DNA of 64,000 nucleotides from Gaiellales bacterium (GCA_038237925.1 JBBRYF010000010.1:14133-78132), one strand, 5' to 3'; numbered from the stretch's first letter, positions 26,576-36,006 are shown. Translations and numbers: made by a program. Notes: a model not told the origin generated them from the letters alone.

Positions 26576-28624
26576 GTGCCGAAAGGCTTTGCCGGAGCGG
26601 ACCCGCCCGCGGCCTGGCCGCGCCTGCCGGGGACGCCTCGGCCGGAGCGCGCCGACGCCGCGCTTTCGTCGTTATCCGGCGTCGGTCCCGCGCTCCAGCA
26701 GAAGCTGGCGAAGCTCGGCCTCCGAACCGTGCGCGACCTGCTCGAGCATCGGCCGCACCGGTACGAGACCGCGGTTCCCGAGCGGCGGATCGCCGACCTG
26801 CTCGCCGAGGAGGAGAGCGCGATCGCGGGCGAGGTGCGCTCGGTCTCGGTGCGCAGGCCGCGGCGGAACCTGGCGATTGTGAACGCGCGGATCAGCGACG
26901 GGAGCGACGAGATCATGGCGGTCTGGTTCAACCAGGCGTGGCTCGCGGAGAAGTTGCAGCCGGGGACGCATGTGCGCCTGCGAGGGCAGCTGAAGCGGAA
27001 CGGGTTCCAGGTTCGCTCCTACGACCTGAACGGCGTAACCGCGACCGCCGACTTCGCGCCCGTCTACCCCGCGAGCGAGGAGGTGACGCCGCAGCGTCTG
27101 CGCGCGCTCGTCGAGGGGGCCCTGCCGCACGCGCGCGACCTGCCGGATCCGCTCCCCGCGGAGCTGAAGGTCGTCGAGCGGCTACCGCTGCGCGCCGACG
27201 CCCTCTGGGCCTTGCACCGCCCGCGCTCGCTCGAGGAGGGCGAGGCCGGGCGCCAACGGCTCGCGTTCGACGAGCTGCTCGTGCTGCAGGTCGGCCTCGC
27301 CCGCGCGCGTGCCGGGCGCGAGACGGCCGTTGCGCCGGCGCTCGGTGAGCCCGGCGAGCTCGCGGTTCGCTATCGCGAGCTGCTGCCGTTCGAGCTCACC
27401 GCCGACCAGGAGGCGGCGATCGACGAGATCGACACCGACCTCGCGCGCGAGGCGCCGATGCAGCGTCTGCTGCAGGGCGACGTCGGCTCGGGCAAGACGG
27501 TGGTCGCGCTCTACGCGCTCCTGCGCGCAGTCGAGACCGGGCGGCTCGGTGCGCTCATGGCGCCGACAGAAACCCTCGCTGAGCAGCACTTTCTCACCGT
27601 CGAACCGCTGTGCGCGCAACTCGGCGTGCAAGTCGCGCTGCTCACCGGGTCGGTCAAGACCGACCTTCAAGGTGCGCAGGTCGTGGTCGGAACGCACGCG
27701 CTGATTCAGGAAGGCGTCGAGCTGCCCGAGCTCGCGGTTGCCGTAGTAGACGAGCAGCATCGCTTCGGCGTCGAGCAGCGCCGCGCACTCATCGAGGGCC
27801 GCGCGCCGCACGTGCTGCACATGACCGCCACGCCGATCCCGCGCACGCTCGCGCTGACGCTCTACGGCGACCTCTCGGTGACGGAGATCGCCAAGCCGCC
27901 GGCCTCGCGCAAGCCGATCGTGACCTCCTGGGTTACTGCGGAGCGGTCGTCGGAGGCGTACAAGCGGCTGCGCCGTCACCTCGACGACGGACGGCAGGCG
28001 TATGTCGTCTGTCCACTGATCGAGGAGTCCGAGACCTCGCAGTCGCGCGCGGCCGAAGCCGAGGCCGAGCGGCTGCGCCGCGCCGAGCTCCGCGAGTACC
28101 GCGTCGGCCTCCTGCATGGTCGGCTGCGGCCGGTCGAGCGGCGCGAGCTGATGGCGCAGTTCAAGGCCCGCGAGCTCGACGTGCTCGTCGCGACGACCGT
28201 GATCGAGGTCGGCGTGGACGTCCCCAACGCGACGATCATGATCGTCCAGGAGGCAGACCGCTTCGGCCTCGCCCAGCTGCACCAGCTGCGCGGCCGGGTC
28301 GGGCGCGGGGCGGAGCAGTCGTACTGCCTGCTGATCTCGCGCCAGCGCGAGGAGTTGACCGACAACGCGCAGGAGCGGCTGCAGGCGCTCGTCGACTCGA
28401 GCGACGGCTTCGAGCTCGCCGAGAAAGACCTCGAGCTGCGCGGCGAGGGCCAGCTGATGGGAACGCGGCAGGCGGGCGTCTCAGACCTGCGCTTCGTCCA
28501 CTGGCGCGCGGATCGCCCGCTGCTCGAGCGCGCACGCGACGCTGCGGGAAGCCTCGTCGCCTATGAAGGCCCGCTCGCCGACGAGGTCGAGCGAGTCTTC
28601 GGCGAGCGCGAGCTCGCGGCGTAG
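26576..28624 (+). CDS. recG: ATP-dependent DNA helicase RecG
   Basis: Wedge/OB N-terminus, GDVGSGKT, DEQHRFGV, and QLHQLRGRVGRG in the TRG region. Confidence 0.9.
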   Translation: MPKGFAGADPPAAWPRLPGTPRPERADAALSSLSGVGPALQQKLAKLGLRTVRDLLEHRPHRYETAVPERRIADLLAEEESAIAGEVRSVSVRRPRRNLAIVNARISDGSDEIMAVWFNQAWLAEKLQPGTHVRLRGQLKRNGFQVRSYDLNGVTATADFAPVYPASEEVTPQRLRALVEGALPHARDLPDPLPAELKVVERLPLRADALWALHRPRSLEEGEAGRQRLAFDELLVLQVGLARARAGRETAVAPALGEPGELAVRYRELLPFELTADQEAAIDEIDTDLAREAPMQRLLQGDVGSGKTVVALYALLRAVETGRLGALMAPTETLAEQHFLTVEPLCAQLGVQVALLTGSVKTDLQGAQVVVGTHALIQEGVELPELAVAVVDEQHRFGVEQRRALIEGRAPHVLHMTATPIPRTLALTLYGDLSVTEIAKPPASRKPIVTSWVTAERSSEAYKRLRRHLDDGRQAYVVCPLIEESETSQSRAAEAEAERLRRAELREYRVGLLHGRLRPVERRELMAQFKARELDVLVATTVIEVGVDVPNATIMIVQEADRFGLAQLHQLRGRVGRGAEQSYCLLISRQREELTDNAQERLQALVDSSDGFELAEKDLELRGEGQLMGTRQAGVSDLRFVHWRADRPLLERARDAAGSLVAYEGPLADEVERVFGERELAA

Positions 28625-28626
28625 GC

Positions 28627-29172
28627 ATGCGGATCATCGCCGGCTCGCGAAAGGGCGCTCGCATCTTCGCGCCAAAGGGAACCGACACGCGCCCGACCGC
28701 TGACCGCGTGCGGGAGGCCGCGTTCAACCTCCTCGGACCGGGCGCCGCCGAGGACACGATCGTGCTCGACCTCTTTGCCGGCTCCGGCGCAATGGGGCTC
28801 GAGGCGCTGAGTCGCGGCGCCGCCCGCGCGACCTTCGTCGACGACGACCGCGAGGCCTGCCGGACGATCAACGGCAACCTCGACAAGCTCGCCCTCGAGG
28901 GCGCGACGGTCCTCTGCCAGGACGCGCTGACGGCGCTCCGGGCCGATGCGCGCTCGGGCACCCGCTACGATCTCGTGCTGGTCGACCCGCCCTACCGGAG
29001 GTTTTCTTCCCTGCAAAACGCGCTGATTCAGCATCTCCCGGAGATCCTTGCGCCTGACGGCGTGCTGCTCGTCGAGACCGCGGCGGCCGAGGAGCCCGAG
29101 CTCCCGCCGCTCGCCAAGCGGACGAGCCGCCGCTACGGCGCCGCGCGCCTGACCCTCTTCGAACACGAATGA
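28627..29172 (+). CDS. rsmD: 16S rRNA (guanine966-N2)-methyltransferase
   Basis: RIIAGSRKG...TRPTADRVREAAFN, DLFAGSGAMGLEALSRGA, DPPY. Confidence 0.85.
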   Translation: MRIIAGSRKGARIFAPKGTDTRPTADRVREAAFNLLGPGAAEDTIVLDLFAGSGAMGLEALSRGAARATFVDDDREACRTINGNLDKLALEGATVLCQDALTALRADARSGTRYDLVLVDPPYRRFSSLQNALIQHLPEILAPDGVLLVETAAAEEPELPPLAKRTSRRYGAARLTLFEHE

Positions 29173-29684
29173 TCACCGCTATCTACCCAGGCACCTACGA
29201 CCCCGTCACGAACGGCCACGTCGACGTAATCACGCGTGCCTCGGAGATCTTCGACCGCGTGGTCATCGGCGTCGTCGGCAAACCGCAGCACAAGGAGCCG
29301 ATGTTCACGCTCGACGAGCGCGTCGGCTTTCTGCGCGACACCCTCGAGGGCCTCGACAACGTCGAGCTCGACGTCTTCTCGGAGCTCGTCGTCGATTTCG
29401 CCCACAAGTGGGAGGCGAAGGTGATCGTCAAAGGCCTGCGCGTGATCTCGGACTTCGAGTGGGAGTTCCAGATGAACCAGCTCAACCGGACGCTCGCACC
29501 CGACGTCGAGACGGTCTACGTGATGGCGAGCCCGCAGGTCAGCTTCGTCTCCTCGAGCGGTGTGAAGGAGATCGCGAGCTTCGGCGGAAACGTCGAGGAG
29601 CTCGTGCCCAAGGCCGTCGCCCTCCGGTTCAAGGAGCTCTTCCCGAATGGACGGCCGGGGACACCGGAGAACCCGCAGGAGTGA
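29169..29684 (+). CDS. coaD: phosphopantetheine adenylyltransferase
   Basis: IYPGTYDPVTNGHVD... and SSSGVKEIA. ATGA overlap with rsmD. Confidence 0.95.
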   Translation: MITAIYPGTYDPVTNGHVDVITRASEIFDRVVIGVVGKPQHKEPMFTLDERVGFLRDTLEGLDNVELDVFSELVVDFAHKWEAKVIVKGLRVISDFEWEFQMNQLNRTLAPDVETVYVMASPQVSFVSSSGVKEIASFGGNVEELVPKAVALRFKELFPNGRPGTPENPQE

Positions 29685-30016
29685 GCGAACGACTCGAACA
29701 GCAGCTCGCCGCCGGCAGCGAAGTCCGCCTGCCGAAGCGAGAGGCGTACGACGTGCTGCAGAAGCTGCGGGCGCGCGGCGGCACGAGCAGCGCCGCCAAC
29801 CGAATCGAGGCGCAGCTGGCGCAGTCCGACGAGGTCGTGCTCGCGCCCGACGAAGTAGGCGAGTTGCTCGAGGAACTGCGCGCGAGCGGCCGCCGCTGGG
29901 TCTTCGGCAGCGACGAGCCGCGGGAGCACGAGACGCCTCGCGCCGCGCCGCCCGACCCCGCGCCGCAGGAGGAGCCCGCGGAGGCGGGTTGGCTGACCCG
30001 GCTGTTCCGCCGGTAG
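29681..30016 (+). CDS. hypothetical protein
   Basis: The GTG overlaps the coaD stop (GTGA). 111 codons with strong G/C third-position bias. No family recognised. Confidence 0.45.
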   Translation: MSERLEQQLAAGSEVRLPKREAYDVLQKLRARGGTSSAANRIEAQLAQSDEVVLAPDEVGELLEELRASGRRWVFGSDEPREHETPRAAPPDPAPQEEPAEAGWLTRLFRR

Positions 30017-30040
30017 CCCTCTGTAAACTCCGCGAAACCG

Positions 30041-30550
30041 ATGGACGTACTCGTTCTGATCGACAAGCTCGACGACCTCGTGCACAACGCGAAGGCCGTG
30101 CCTCTCACCGACCAGGTGCGGATCGACCGCGAGGAGATCTACGACATCCTCGACCAGATGCGCGCGACGATCCCGGAAGAGATCAAGCAGGCCCGGTGGA
30201 TCGTCAAGGAGCGGCAGGAGATGCTGGCCGAGGCCAAGCGCGAGTGCGACCGGATCCTCGGCGAGGCGCGCGAGCAGGCCGTGCGCGAGGCCTCGCAGAC
30301 CGAGATCGTCAAGCTGGCCGAGCGGCAGGCGGGCGACATCATCGACGACGCCCGGCGGCAGGCGCGCGAGACGCGGCTCGAGATGGAGGACTGGGCCGAC
30401 TCGATCCTCTCGACGCTCGAGGTGAACCTCGACAAGTTCCTCGGGGCCGTCAAGCGCGGCCGCGAGCGGCTGCACGAGCGCTCGCAGGAGTCGGTCGTCG
30501 CCGGCGTTGGCGCCAGCGTCGAGAGCTCCAACGACGACTTCCCCCACTAG
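30041..30550 (+). CDS. conserved coiled-coil protein of unknown function
   Basis: 169 aa: MDVLVLIDKLDDLVHNAKAVPLTDQVRIDREEIYDILDQMR...IKQARWIV, with a heptad-rich centre. Proteins like this are often found after coaD, but the family name is not recalled with certainty. Confidence 0.55.
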   Translation: MDVLVLIDKLDDLVHNAKAVPLTDQVRIDREEIYDILDQMRATIPEEIKQARWIVKERQEMLAEAKRECDRILGEAREQAVREASQTEIVKLAERQAGDIIDDARRQARETRLEMEDWADSILSTLEVNLDKFLGAVKRGRERLHERSQESVVAGVGASVESSNDDFPH

Positions 30551-30561
30551 GGGCTCCGCAC

Positions 30562-31071
30562 CTGGACACTTTTCGGGCCATCGCGAGCAAGCGCGACTGG
30601 CGCAGCTACTCCGATCGGCCCGTGCCGGAGGACGTGCAGCAGCGCATCCTCGACGCGGGGCGTCTCGCCGGGAGCGCGATGAACGTGCAGCCGTGGCGCT
30701 TCGTCGTCGTCGAGAGCGCTGAGGCGAAGGAGCGCGTCTCGAAGGTCGTGTACGCGGCCGCGAACATCGAGGCCTCCGCCTTCGCCGTCGGAGTCGCGAC
30801 CGAGGACGGCGGCTATCCCGTCGACGTCGGCCGCGCGCTGCAGAACATGTTTTTGGCGGCGTGGAACGAGGGCGTCGTCTCGTGCCCGAACGGCATGGCC
30901 GATCCCGAGGCGGCCGCGCGGGCGCTCGGGCTCGACGAGGGCTGGCTTCCGGTCAACATCCCGAGCTTCGGGTACCCCAAGCGGCCGCTCGACCCGGAGT
31001 CGAGGAGCGCTGACGAGTGGAGCCGCGAGGCCAACCGCAAGCCGCTCGACGAGCTGATTCGAAGAATCTGA
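30562..31071 (+). CDS. nitroreductase-family protein (start codon unclear, possibly CTG)
   Basis: (L)DTFRAIASKRDWRSYSDRPVP...NVQPWRFVVV matches a nitroreductase N-terminus. No ATG/GTG/TTG lies between the upstream gene and the conserved core. Confidence 0.7.
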   Translation: MDTFRAIASKRDWRSYSDRPVPEDVQQRILDAGRLAGSAMNVQPWRFVVVESAEAKERVSKVVYAAANIEASAFAVGVATEDGGYPVDVGRALQNMFLAAWNEGVVSCPNGMADPEAAARALGLDEGWLPVNIPSFGYPKRPLDPESRSADEWSREANRKPLDELIRRI

Positions 31072-31091
31072 GCGTTGCTACGGTGGTCGCG

Positions 31092-31601
31092 ATGACCACG
31101 CTAGACCTCCGCACGATCAACGTCCGCTCCGGCGACCAGTTCCGCGACGAGCTCGACATCGAGCTCGAGCCGTTTGAGCTCGGGGGCCAGCGCTACCTGC
31201 CGGTGCCTCGCGCGGTCCACGCCGAGCCGGCGGTCACCCGCGCTGCGACGGGAACCGTGTTCGAGCTGCGCTTCGACGCGCGGCTTCACGGTCCGTGCTT
31301 CCGCTGCCTCGAGGACGCCGTGCTCGACGTGCCGGTCTCGGCGCGTGAGTACCAGGCGGTCAACCCGGGCGACGACGAGGAGCTGCGGACCGCGTACCTC
31401 GACAACGACCAGCTCGATCTCTCGGCGTGGGCCCGCGACGCGGTGGCGCTCGAGCTGCCGGAGAAGATCCTCTGCAAACCCGACTGCGCAGGGCTCTGCC
31501 CGGTCTGCGGCAAGAACCTGAACGATGAGCCGCACGAGCACGCCGACGTAGAGCCCGACTCCCGTTGGTCGGCTCTCGCCGAGCTCAGAGACCGGCTTTA
31601 A
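31092..31601 (+). CDS. yceD: DUF177/YceD-family protein (ribosome-associated, usually precedes rpmF)
   Basis: CFRCLEDA...CKPDCAGLCPVCGKNLN pattern and an acidic C-terminus. Confidence 0.85.
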   Translation: MTTLDLRTINVRSGDQFRDELDIELEPFELGGQRYLPVPRAVHAEPAVTRAATGTVFELRFDARLHGPCFRCLEDAVLDVPVSAREYQAVNPGDDEELRTAYLDNDQLDLSAWARDAVALELPEKILCKPDCAGLCPVCGKNLNDEPHEHADVEPDSRWSALAELRDRL

Positions 31602-31900
31602 GAGCTAGTCGTCGCTGCCGAGGCCGCCGCCCCCGCGGCCGCCGCCCGACCCCGAGCTGCCGCCGTGGTCGTCGTCGGCGTCACCGCTCGCGTCGTCGTC
31701 GTGGCCGGCCGCGCACGCTTCAGCTTCGGCGTGGCGTGCGTGCGTACGCGCCTGGGCGTCAGCTTCTGCGGCGCGGGCTGGAGACGCGTTACCGGCACGG
31801 CGACGGAATCGCGCGAGACGTAATAGGCGGCGAACCCCATGCCTGCTGCCGAGAGCAGGCCGGCGAGTGCTAGGAGGCCTACGGCGACGACTCGACCCAT
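31598..31900 (-). CDS. small membrane-anchored protein, paralog of 34065-34418 (tail frame ambiguous)
   Basis: Strong SD (GAAGGAGAAATC-ATG). TM segment VVAVGLLALAGLLSAAGMGFAAYY. In the -1 frame the 3' end reads ...HDDDASGDADDDHGGSSGSGGGRGGGGLGSDD* with a stop at 31605, and shares 16 identical nt (CTAGTCGTCGCTGCCG) with the 3' end of the other small gene. Confidence 0.55.
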   Translation of the reverse strand: MGRVVAVGLLALAGLLSAAGMGFAAYYVSRDSVAVPVTRLQPAPQKLTPRRVRTHATPKLKRARPATTTTRAVTPTTTTAAARGRAAAAGAAASAATTSS

Positions 31901-33278
31901 GATTTCTCCTTCACTGTAGCCGCGGCCGGAAAGCGCACTTCCGCGCGCATCCCGCCCTCCCAGGCGGTTCGAGAGCGACGCCGTTCCGCGCCAGCGTCGG
32001 GCGAGCGTCTCGACGATCGCGAGGCCGAGGCCGGTGCCCGAGCGGCTGCTGCCCGCGCTGCCGCGGGCAAAGCGGTCGAAGAGCCGCGTCTCCTCGCCGG
32101 CCGCGAGCCCCGGGCCCTCGTCGATCACGGCGACCCACGCGTCGGGTCCGTCACGGCCCCAGTCGACGGCGACGCGCGTGGGGGAGTAGCGCAGCGCGTT
32201 CTCGATCAGGTTGTCGAGCAGGATCGCCAGGTCCTCGTCGGAAGCAGCGATCGTCGCGTCGCCGTTGCCGACGAGCTCGAGCTCGCGGCCGTCCTGCTCC
32301 GCGGTCGCGGCCCAGCGCTCGTGCGCGCGCTCGGCCGCGCCGGCGACGGAGACGGGACGCGCGGCAGCGGGCTTGTCGCCCTCTCGCGCGAGGGTCAGGA
32401 GCGAGGTCAAGAGCCGCGCGAGCCGCTCGACCTCGCGCTCCGCGGCCTCGAGCTCGCCCGCTGCGTCGGGGTTCGCCTTCGAGCGCGCGGACTCGAGCCG
32501 CAGGCGCAGTCCCGTCAGTGGCGTGCGGAGCTGGTGCGAGGCGTTCGCGACGAACTCGCGCTGGGCGGCCAGAACGACCCGAGCCGCTCGGCCTGTCGTT
32601 GAAGGCGGCCGAGACCTCCCGCTGCTCCGCGGCTCCCGAGACCTCGGCGCGAGCGCCGAGCTCACCAGCCTCGAAGCGCCGAGCGGTCGTCGCGAGGTTG
32701 CGCAGCGGCCGCGAGAGCGAGCTCGCGAGGAACCAGGCGAGCGCGAGCCCGACCACCAGAGCGAAGGCCCCGATCGCGACGAGCGCGAGCACGCCTCGCC
32801 TAACCCGCGAGTGGACCGCTTCGAGGCTCTGCGTGACGCGGGCCGCGCCGACGACCTGGCCGTTGTTGGTCACCGGTACCGCCGTGTAGAGCAGGTCCTG
32901 GCCGAGGGTGTTGCTGTGACGCTCACCCTGCGAGCGGCCGCCCGCCAGCGCCTCGCCAATCTCAGGGCGCGAGCCATACGACGTGCGCGAAGGGTTGACC
33001 ACGGTCGAGTCGGCGAGCAACGGCCCGTTCGCACCGACCACGATCACGCGGGCGCCGAGCTGCTGTCCCGCCCGACGAACGACCTTGCCGAGCTCGGCGC
33101 GGTCGGCCATTCGCCCGGAAGCGCCCGCGGCGACGAGAAAGGCCTGCGCCGCGGCCTCGTTCTTCACCTCGGCGTCGATCCGCCGCGAGAGGTTGAGAGC
33201 GAGCGGCACCTCGAGCGCGACGATGATCAGCAACAGCACGTAGGCGAACGCGCCGAGGATCTGGAGCTTGAGGCTCAC
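31879..33278 (-). pseudogene. sensor histidine kinase (TM-sensor-TM-HAMP-HisKA-HATPase), two reading-frame breaks
   Basis: Sensor and HAMP (to ...EVSAAFND) are in ORF 32151-33278. H-box (FVANASHQLRTPLTGL) through the G2 box (GTGLGLAIV) is in ORF 31598-32665. The natural C-terminus (GGMRAEVRFPAA...) is in ORF 31879-32070. Breaks lie near 32575-32600 and 31948-31963. The GTG overlaps the response-regulator stop. Confidence 0.75.
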
Positions 33279-33979
33279 TCCGCCTCGTCGGGTGACGAGA
33301 AGCGGAAGCCGACGCCGCGAACCGTGTGCAGGTACCGCGGCTGCGACGGGTTGTCGCGGAGCTTGCGTCGCACACCGCTCACGTGCACGTCAAGGGTCTT
33401 CGTCGAGCCGAACCAGTTCGGGTCCCAGACCTCGTCGATCAGCCGCTCCCGGGTCACGACCGAGCCCGCGCTGCGCATCAGCAGGTGCAGGAGCTCGAAC
33501 TCCTTGCGGCTCAGCTCGAGCACCTCGTCGCCCAGCGTGACCTCGTGCCGGTCCGGGTCGAGCCGCACCTCGCCCACCTCGAGCGGCCGCTCGTCGGCGG
33601 GCTCGGGCGTGTCGGAGCGCCGCAGCACGGCGCGAATGCGAGCGACCACCTCGCGGCCGCTGAATGGCTTCACGACGTAGTCGTCCGCGCCGAGCTCGAG
33701 CCCGATCACGCGGTCGGCCTCCTCGCCGCGGGCGGTCAGCATGATGATCGGGACCTGCGAGCGCCGCCGCAGCTCGCGGCAGACGTCGTAGCCGGAGCCG
33801 TCCGGCAGCATCACGTCCAGAAGCACGAGATCCGGCTCCCGCCGCGCCTGCTCGAGCGCCTCGGCGACGGTGCCGGCGACGAGGGTGTCGAAGCCCTCGC
33901 TCCGGAGCGCCTCGGCGAGTGGCTCGACGATCGAGGTCTCGTCCTCAACGAGGAGGATGGTGCGCTTTGGCCTGCTCAT
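33275..33979 (-). CDS. OmpR/PhoB-family response regulator
   Basis: LLVEDE, LLDVMLPDGSG, IIMLTA, DDYVVKPF and a winged-helix C-terminus (LSRKEFELL...RGVGFRF). Confidence 0.9.
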   Translation of the reverse strand: MSRPKRTILLVEDETSIVEPLAEALRSEGFDTLVAGTVAEALEQARREPDLVLLDVMLPDGSGYDVCRELRRRSQVPIIMLTARGEEADRVIGLELGADDYVVKPFSGREVVARIRAVLRRSDTPEPADERPLEVGEVRLDPDRHEVTLGDEVLELSRKEFELLHLLMRSAGSVVTRERLIDEVWDPNWFGSTKTLDVHVSGVRRKLRDNPSQPRYLHTVRGVGFRFSSPDEAE

Positions 33980-34016
33980 GACGGGATTGTTCCTGCTCTC
34001 GTGAGCGAGCGACGAC

Positions 34017-34047
34017 GAGGCGGCCCGGGGGAGAGCCGGGCCGCCTC
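34017..34047 (-). terminator. 12-bp perfect-stem hairpin between the small acidic-tail gene and the response-regulator gene
   Basis: GAGGCGGCCCGG - 7 nt - CCGGGCCGCCTC. It could terminate or attenuate read-through into the two-component genes. Confidence 0.5.
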
Positions 34048-34064
34048 GGGCTCGGGGGGACTGC

Positions 34065-34418
34065 CTAGTCGTCGCTGCCGTCGCCGCCGTGGCCGGAGTG
34101 GCCGCCGTCGTCGGAGCCGCCGCCAGGCCCGGAGTTGCCGGCGTGGTTGTCCGCGGTGTCGTGGCTGGAACCGGCCGCGCTGTCGTCGTTGAGGTCGTCC
34201 GCGCCAGGAGCGCTGACGTCCTCGCCCGCCTCGTTGGCGCGTCCCCGCGACTCGTTCTCGCGGGCGCGGTCTTCCTGCCGCACGCTCGGCGTGTTCACGA
34301 GCGGCGTCGTCAGGCCGACGGTCGGGCTGTTCGTCGAGCCGAGGCTCGTAACCGCGCCGGCCAGCGCCACGCCGGCCAGCAGCAGGACGCCTCCGATGAT
34401 TGCTGCGATCTTGTACAT
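34065..34418 (-). CDS. small membrane-anchored protein with Asp/Gly/His-rich tail
   Basis: [40 protein letters not shown] anchor, then a low-complexity acidic tail ending [19 protein letters not shown]. Confidence 0.65.
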   Translation of the reverse strand: MYKIAAIIGGVLLLAGVALAGAVTSLGSTNSPTVGLTTPLVNTPSVRQEDRARENESRGRANEAGEDVSAPGADDLNDDSAAGSSHDTADNHAGNSGPGGGSDDGGHSGHGGDGSDD

Positions 34419-34556
34419 GTCGTCTCCTTTGCTCCTCGTTGGCTTGCCTCAACAGGGTGGCTCGGGCCGGGTTCGGCGCGGGCAAGCCGAGGCGAAGAGC
34501 GCGGAAGGCTTGGGTTAAGCCTTTGCAAAGCGGGCTGCGGCTATACTCGCCCGCCC

Positions 34557-34745
34557 ATGGCCGTCCCCAAGAAGAAAACGTCGAAGTCGCGCCGGGACAA
34601 GCGGCGCGCGAACCACCGGATCGAGGCGCCGCGTGTGAACACCTGCCCTCAGTGCGGCCGCCCGAAGCAGCCGCATCGCATGTGCCCGAGCTGCAAGACC
34701 TACGCGGGCCGCGAGATCGAGCCGCTCCGCACGCCGGCTCCTTAG
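34557..34745 (+). CDS. rpmF: 50S ribosomal protein L32
   Basis: [20 protein letters not shown]...CPQCG...CPSC. Confidence 0.9.
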   Translation: MAVPKKKTSKSRRDKRRANHRIEAPRVNTCPQCGRPKQPHRMCPSCKTYAGREIEPLRTPAP

Positions 34746-34755
34746 GGCGTAGGAC

Positions 34756-35754
34756 GTGACCCGCGTCGCCGTGGACGCGCTGGGCGGGGACCGCGCGCCG
34801 GAAGAGGTCGTCGCGGGCGCCGCCGAGGCTGCCACGGACGGCATCGAGCCGGTGTTGTTCGGCCCGGCCGGTCTCGACACGGGCGGACTGGAGCTCGTCG
34901 AGGCGCCGGACGAGATTGCGATGGACGAGAAGCCCGCGGAAGCGGTGCGCGCGAAGCCCAACAGCTCACTCGTCGCGGCCTGTCGCGCGGTCGGCCAGGG
35001 CTCAGCGGATGCCGTCGTCTCGGCCGGGAACACCGGCGCGATGCTCGCGGCCTGCTTCCTCGAGCTGCGGCGGCTCGAAGGCGTCTCCCGTCCTGCGATC
35101 GCGGTCGTGATCCCGTCGAAGCGCGGGCCCTCGCTGCTGATCGATGCCGGCGCGAACGCCGACGCGCGGGCCGAGCACCTGCTCCAGTTCGCGTACATGG
35201 GCACGGTTTTCGCCGAAGAGGTACTCGACATCCGCGACCCCGAAGTGCGCCTGCTCTCGATCGGAGAGGAGCCGGAGAAGGGCAACCAGCTCACCCTCGA
35301 GGCCCACGGGCTCCTATCCGCGGCGGAGGTCTTGCGCTTCGGCGGCAACACCGAGAGCCGCGACTTGCTGGAAGGCGCCGCGGACGTGGTCGTCTGCGAC
35401 GGCTTCACCGGCAACGTCGTGCTCAAGCTCCTCGAGGGGACGATCACGACGGTCCTCGATGCTCTGCGCGAGGAGATCGTGTCCACCCGCCGAGGGCGCG
35501 TCGGCGGCCTGCTGATCCGGCCTGCGGCGCGCGCGATGCGCAGCCGCTTGGACCCTGACACCTACGGCGGCGCCTATCTCCTCGGCCTCCGCGGGCTCGC
35601 CGTGGCCGCACACGGAAACTCGTCGCGGCGCGCGATCGCCAACGCGATCAGGCTCGCCGCGCGAGGCGTCGAGCACGACGTCGTCGGCAGCCTTGCGCAG
35701 CGACTGCCGGAAAGAGTGTTAGCATCCGCGCGCTCTGAAGCCCCCGGCAAGTGA
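34756..35754 (+). CDS. plsX: phosphate acyltransferase PlsX
   Basis: VAVDALGGD, VSAGNTGA, DGFTGNVVLK, GNS. Confidence 0.92.
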   Translation: MTRVAVDALGGDRAPEEVVAGAAEAATDGIEPVLFGPAGLDTGGLELVEAPDEIAMDEKPAEAVRAKPNSSLVAACRAVGQGSADAVVSAGNTGAMLAACFLELRRLEGVSRPAIAVVIPSKRGPSLLIDAGANADARAEHLLQFAYMGTVFAEEVLDIRDPEVRLLSIGEEPEKGNQLTLEAHGLLSAAEVLRFGGNTESRDLLEGAADVVVCDGFTGNVVLKLLEGTITTVLDALREEIVSTRRGRVGGLLIRPAARAMRSRLDPDTYGGAYLLGLRGLAVAAHGNSSRRAIANAIRLAARGVEHDVVGSLAQRLPERVLASARSEAPGK

Positions 35755-35760
35755 GGTGAG

Positions 35761-36006
35761 ATGGCAGCATCGCGAGAGGAAGTGTTCGAGCGGGTCAAGG
35801 AAGTCCTGACGGAGCAGCTCGGCGTCGAGGAGAACGAGATCACGGATGACGCCTCCTTCCAGGAGGATCTCGACGCAGACTCGCTTGATCTCGTGGAGCT
35901 GATCATGGAGCTGGAGGACCAGTTCGGGATCAAGATCTCGGACGAGGACGCCCAGAAGATCCAGACCGTCGGGCAAGCCGTCGACTACGTCTCAACGCAC
36001 CAGTAG
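35761..36006 (+). CDS. acpP: acyl carrier protein
   Basis: 81 aa with [16 protein letters not shown] (phosphopantetheine Ser). SD GAGGTGAG upstream. Confidence 0.92.
   Translation: MAASREEVFERVKEVLTEQLGVEENEITDDASFQEDLDADSLDLVELIMELEDQFGIKISDEDAQKIQTVGQAVDYVSTHQ

Noticed and set aside
31598-34556. The two-component cassette as a mobile element or genomic islet.
   Set aside because: No integrase, transposase, tRNA target or flanking direct or inverted repeats were seen at the yceD and rpmF borders. GC content and codon bias look native, so it is called an insertion only in the synteny sense.
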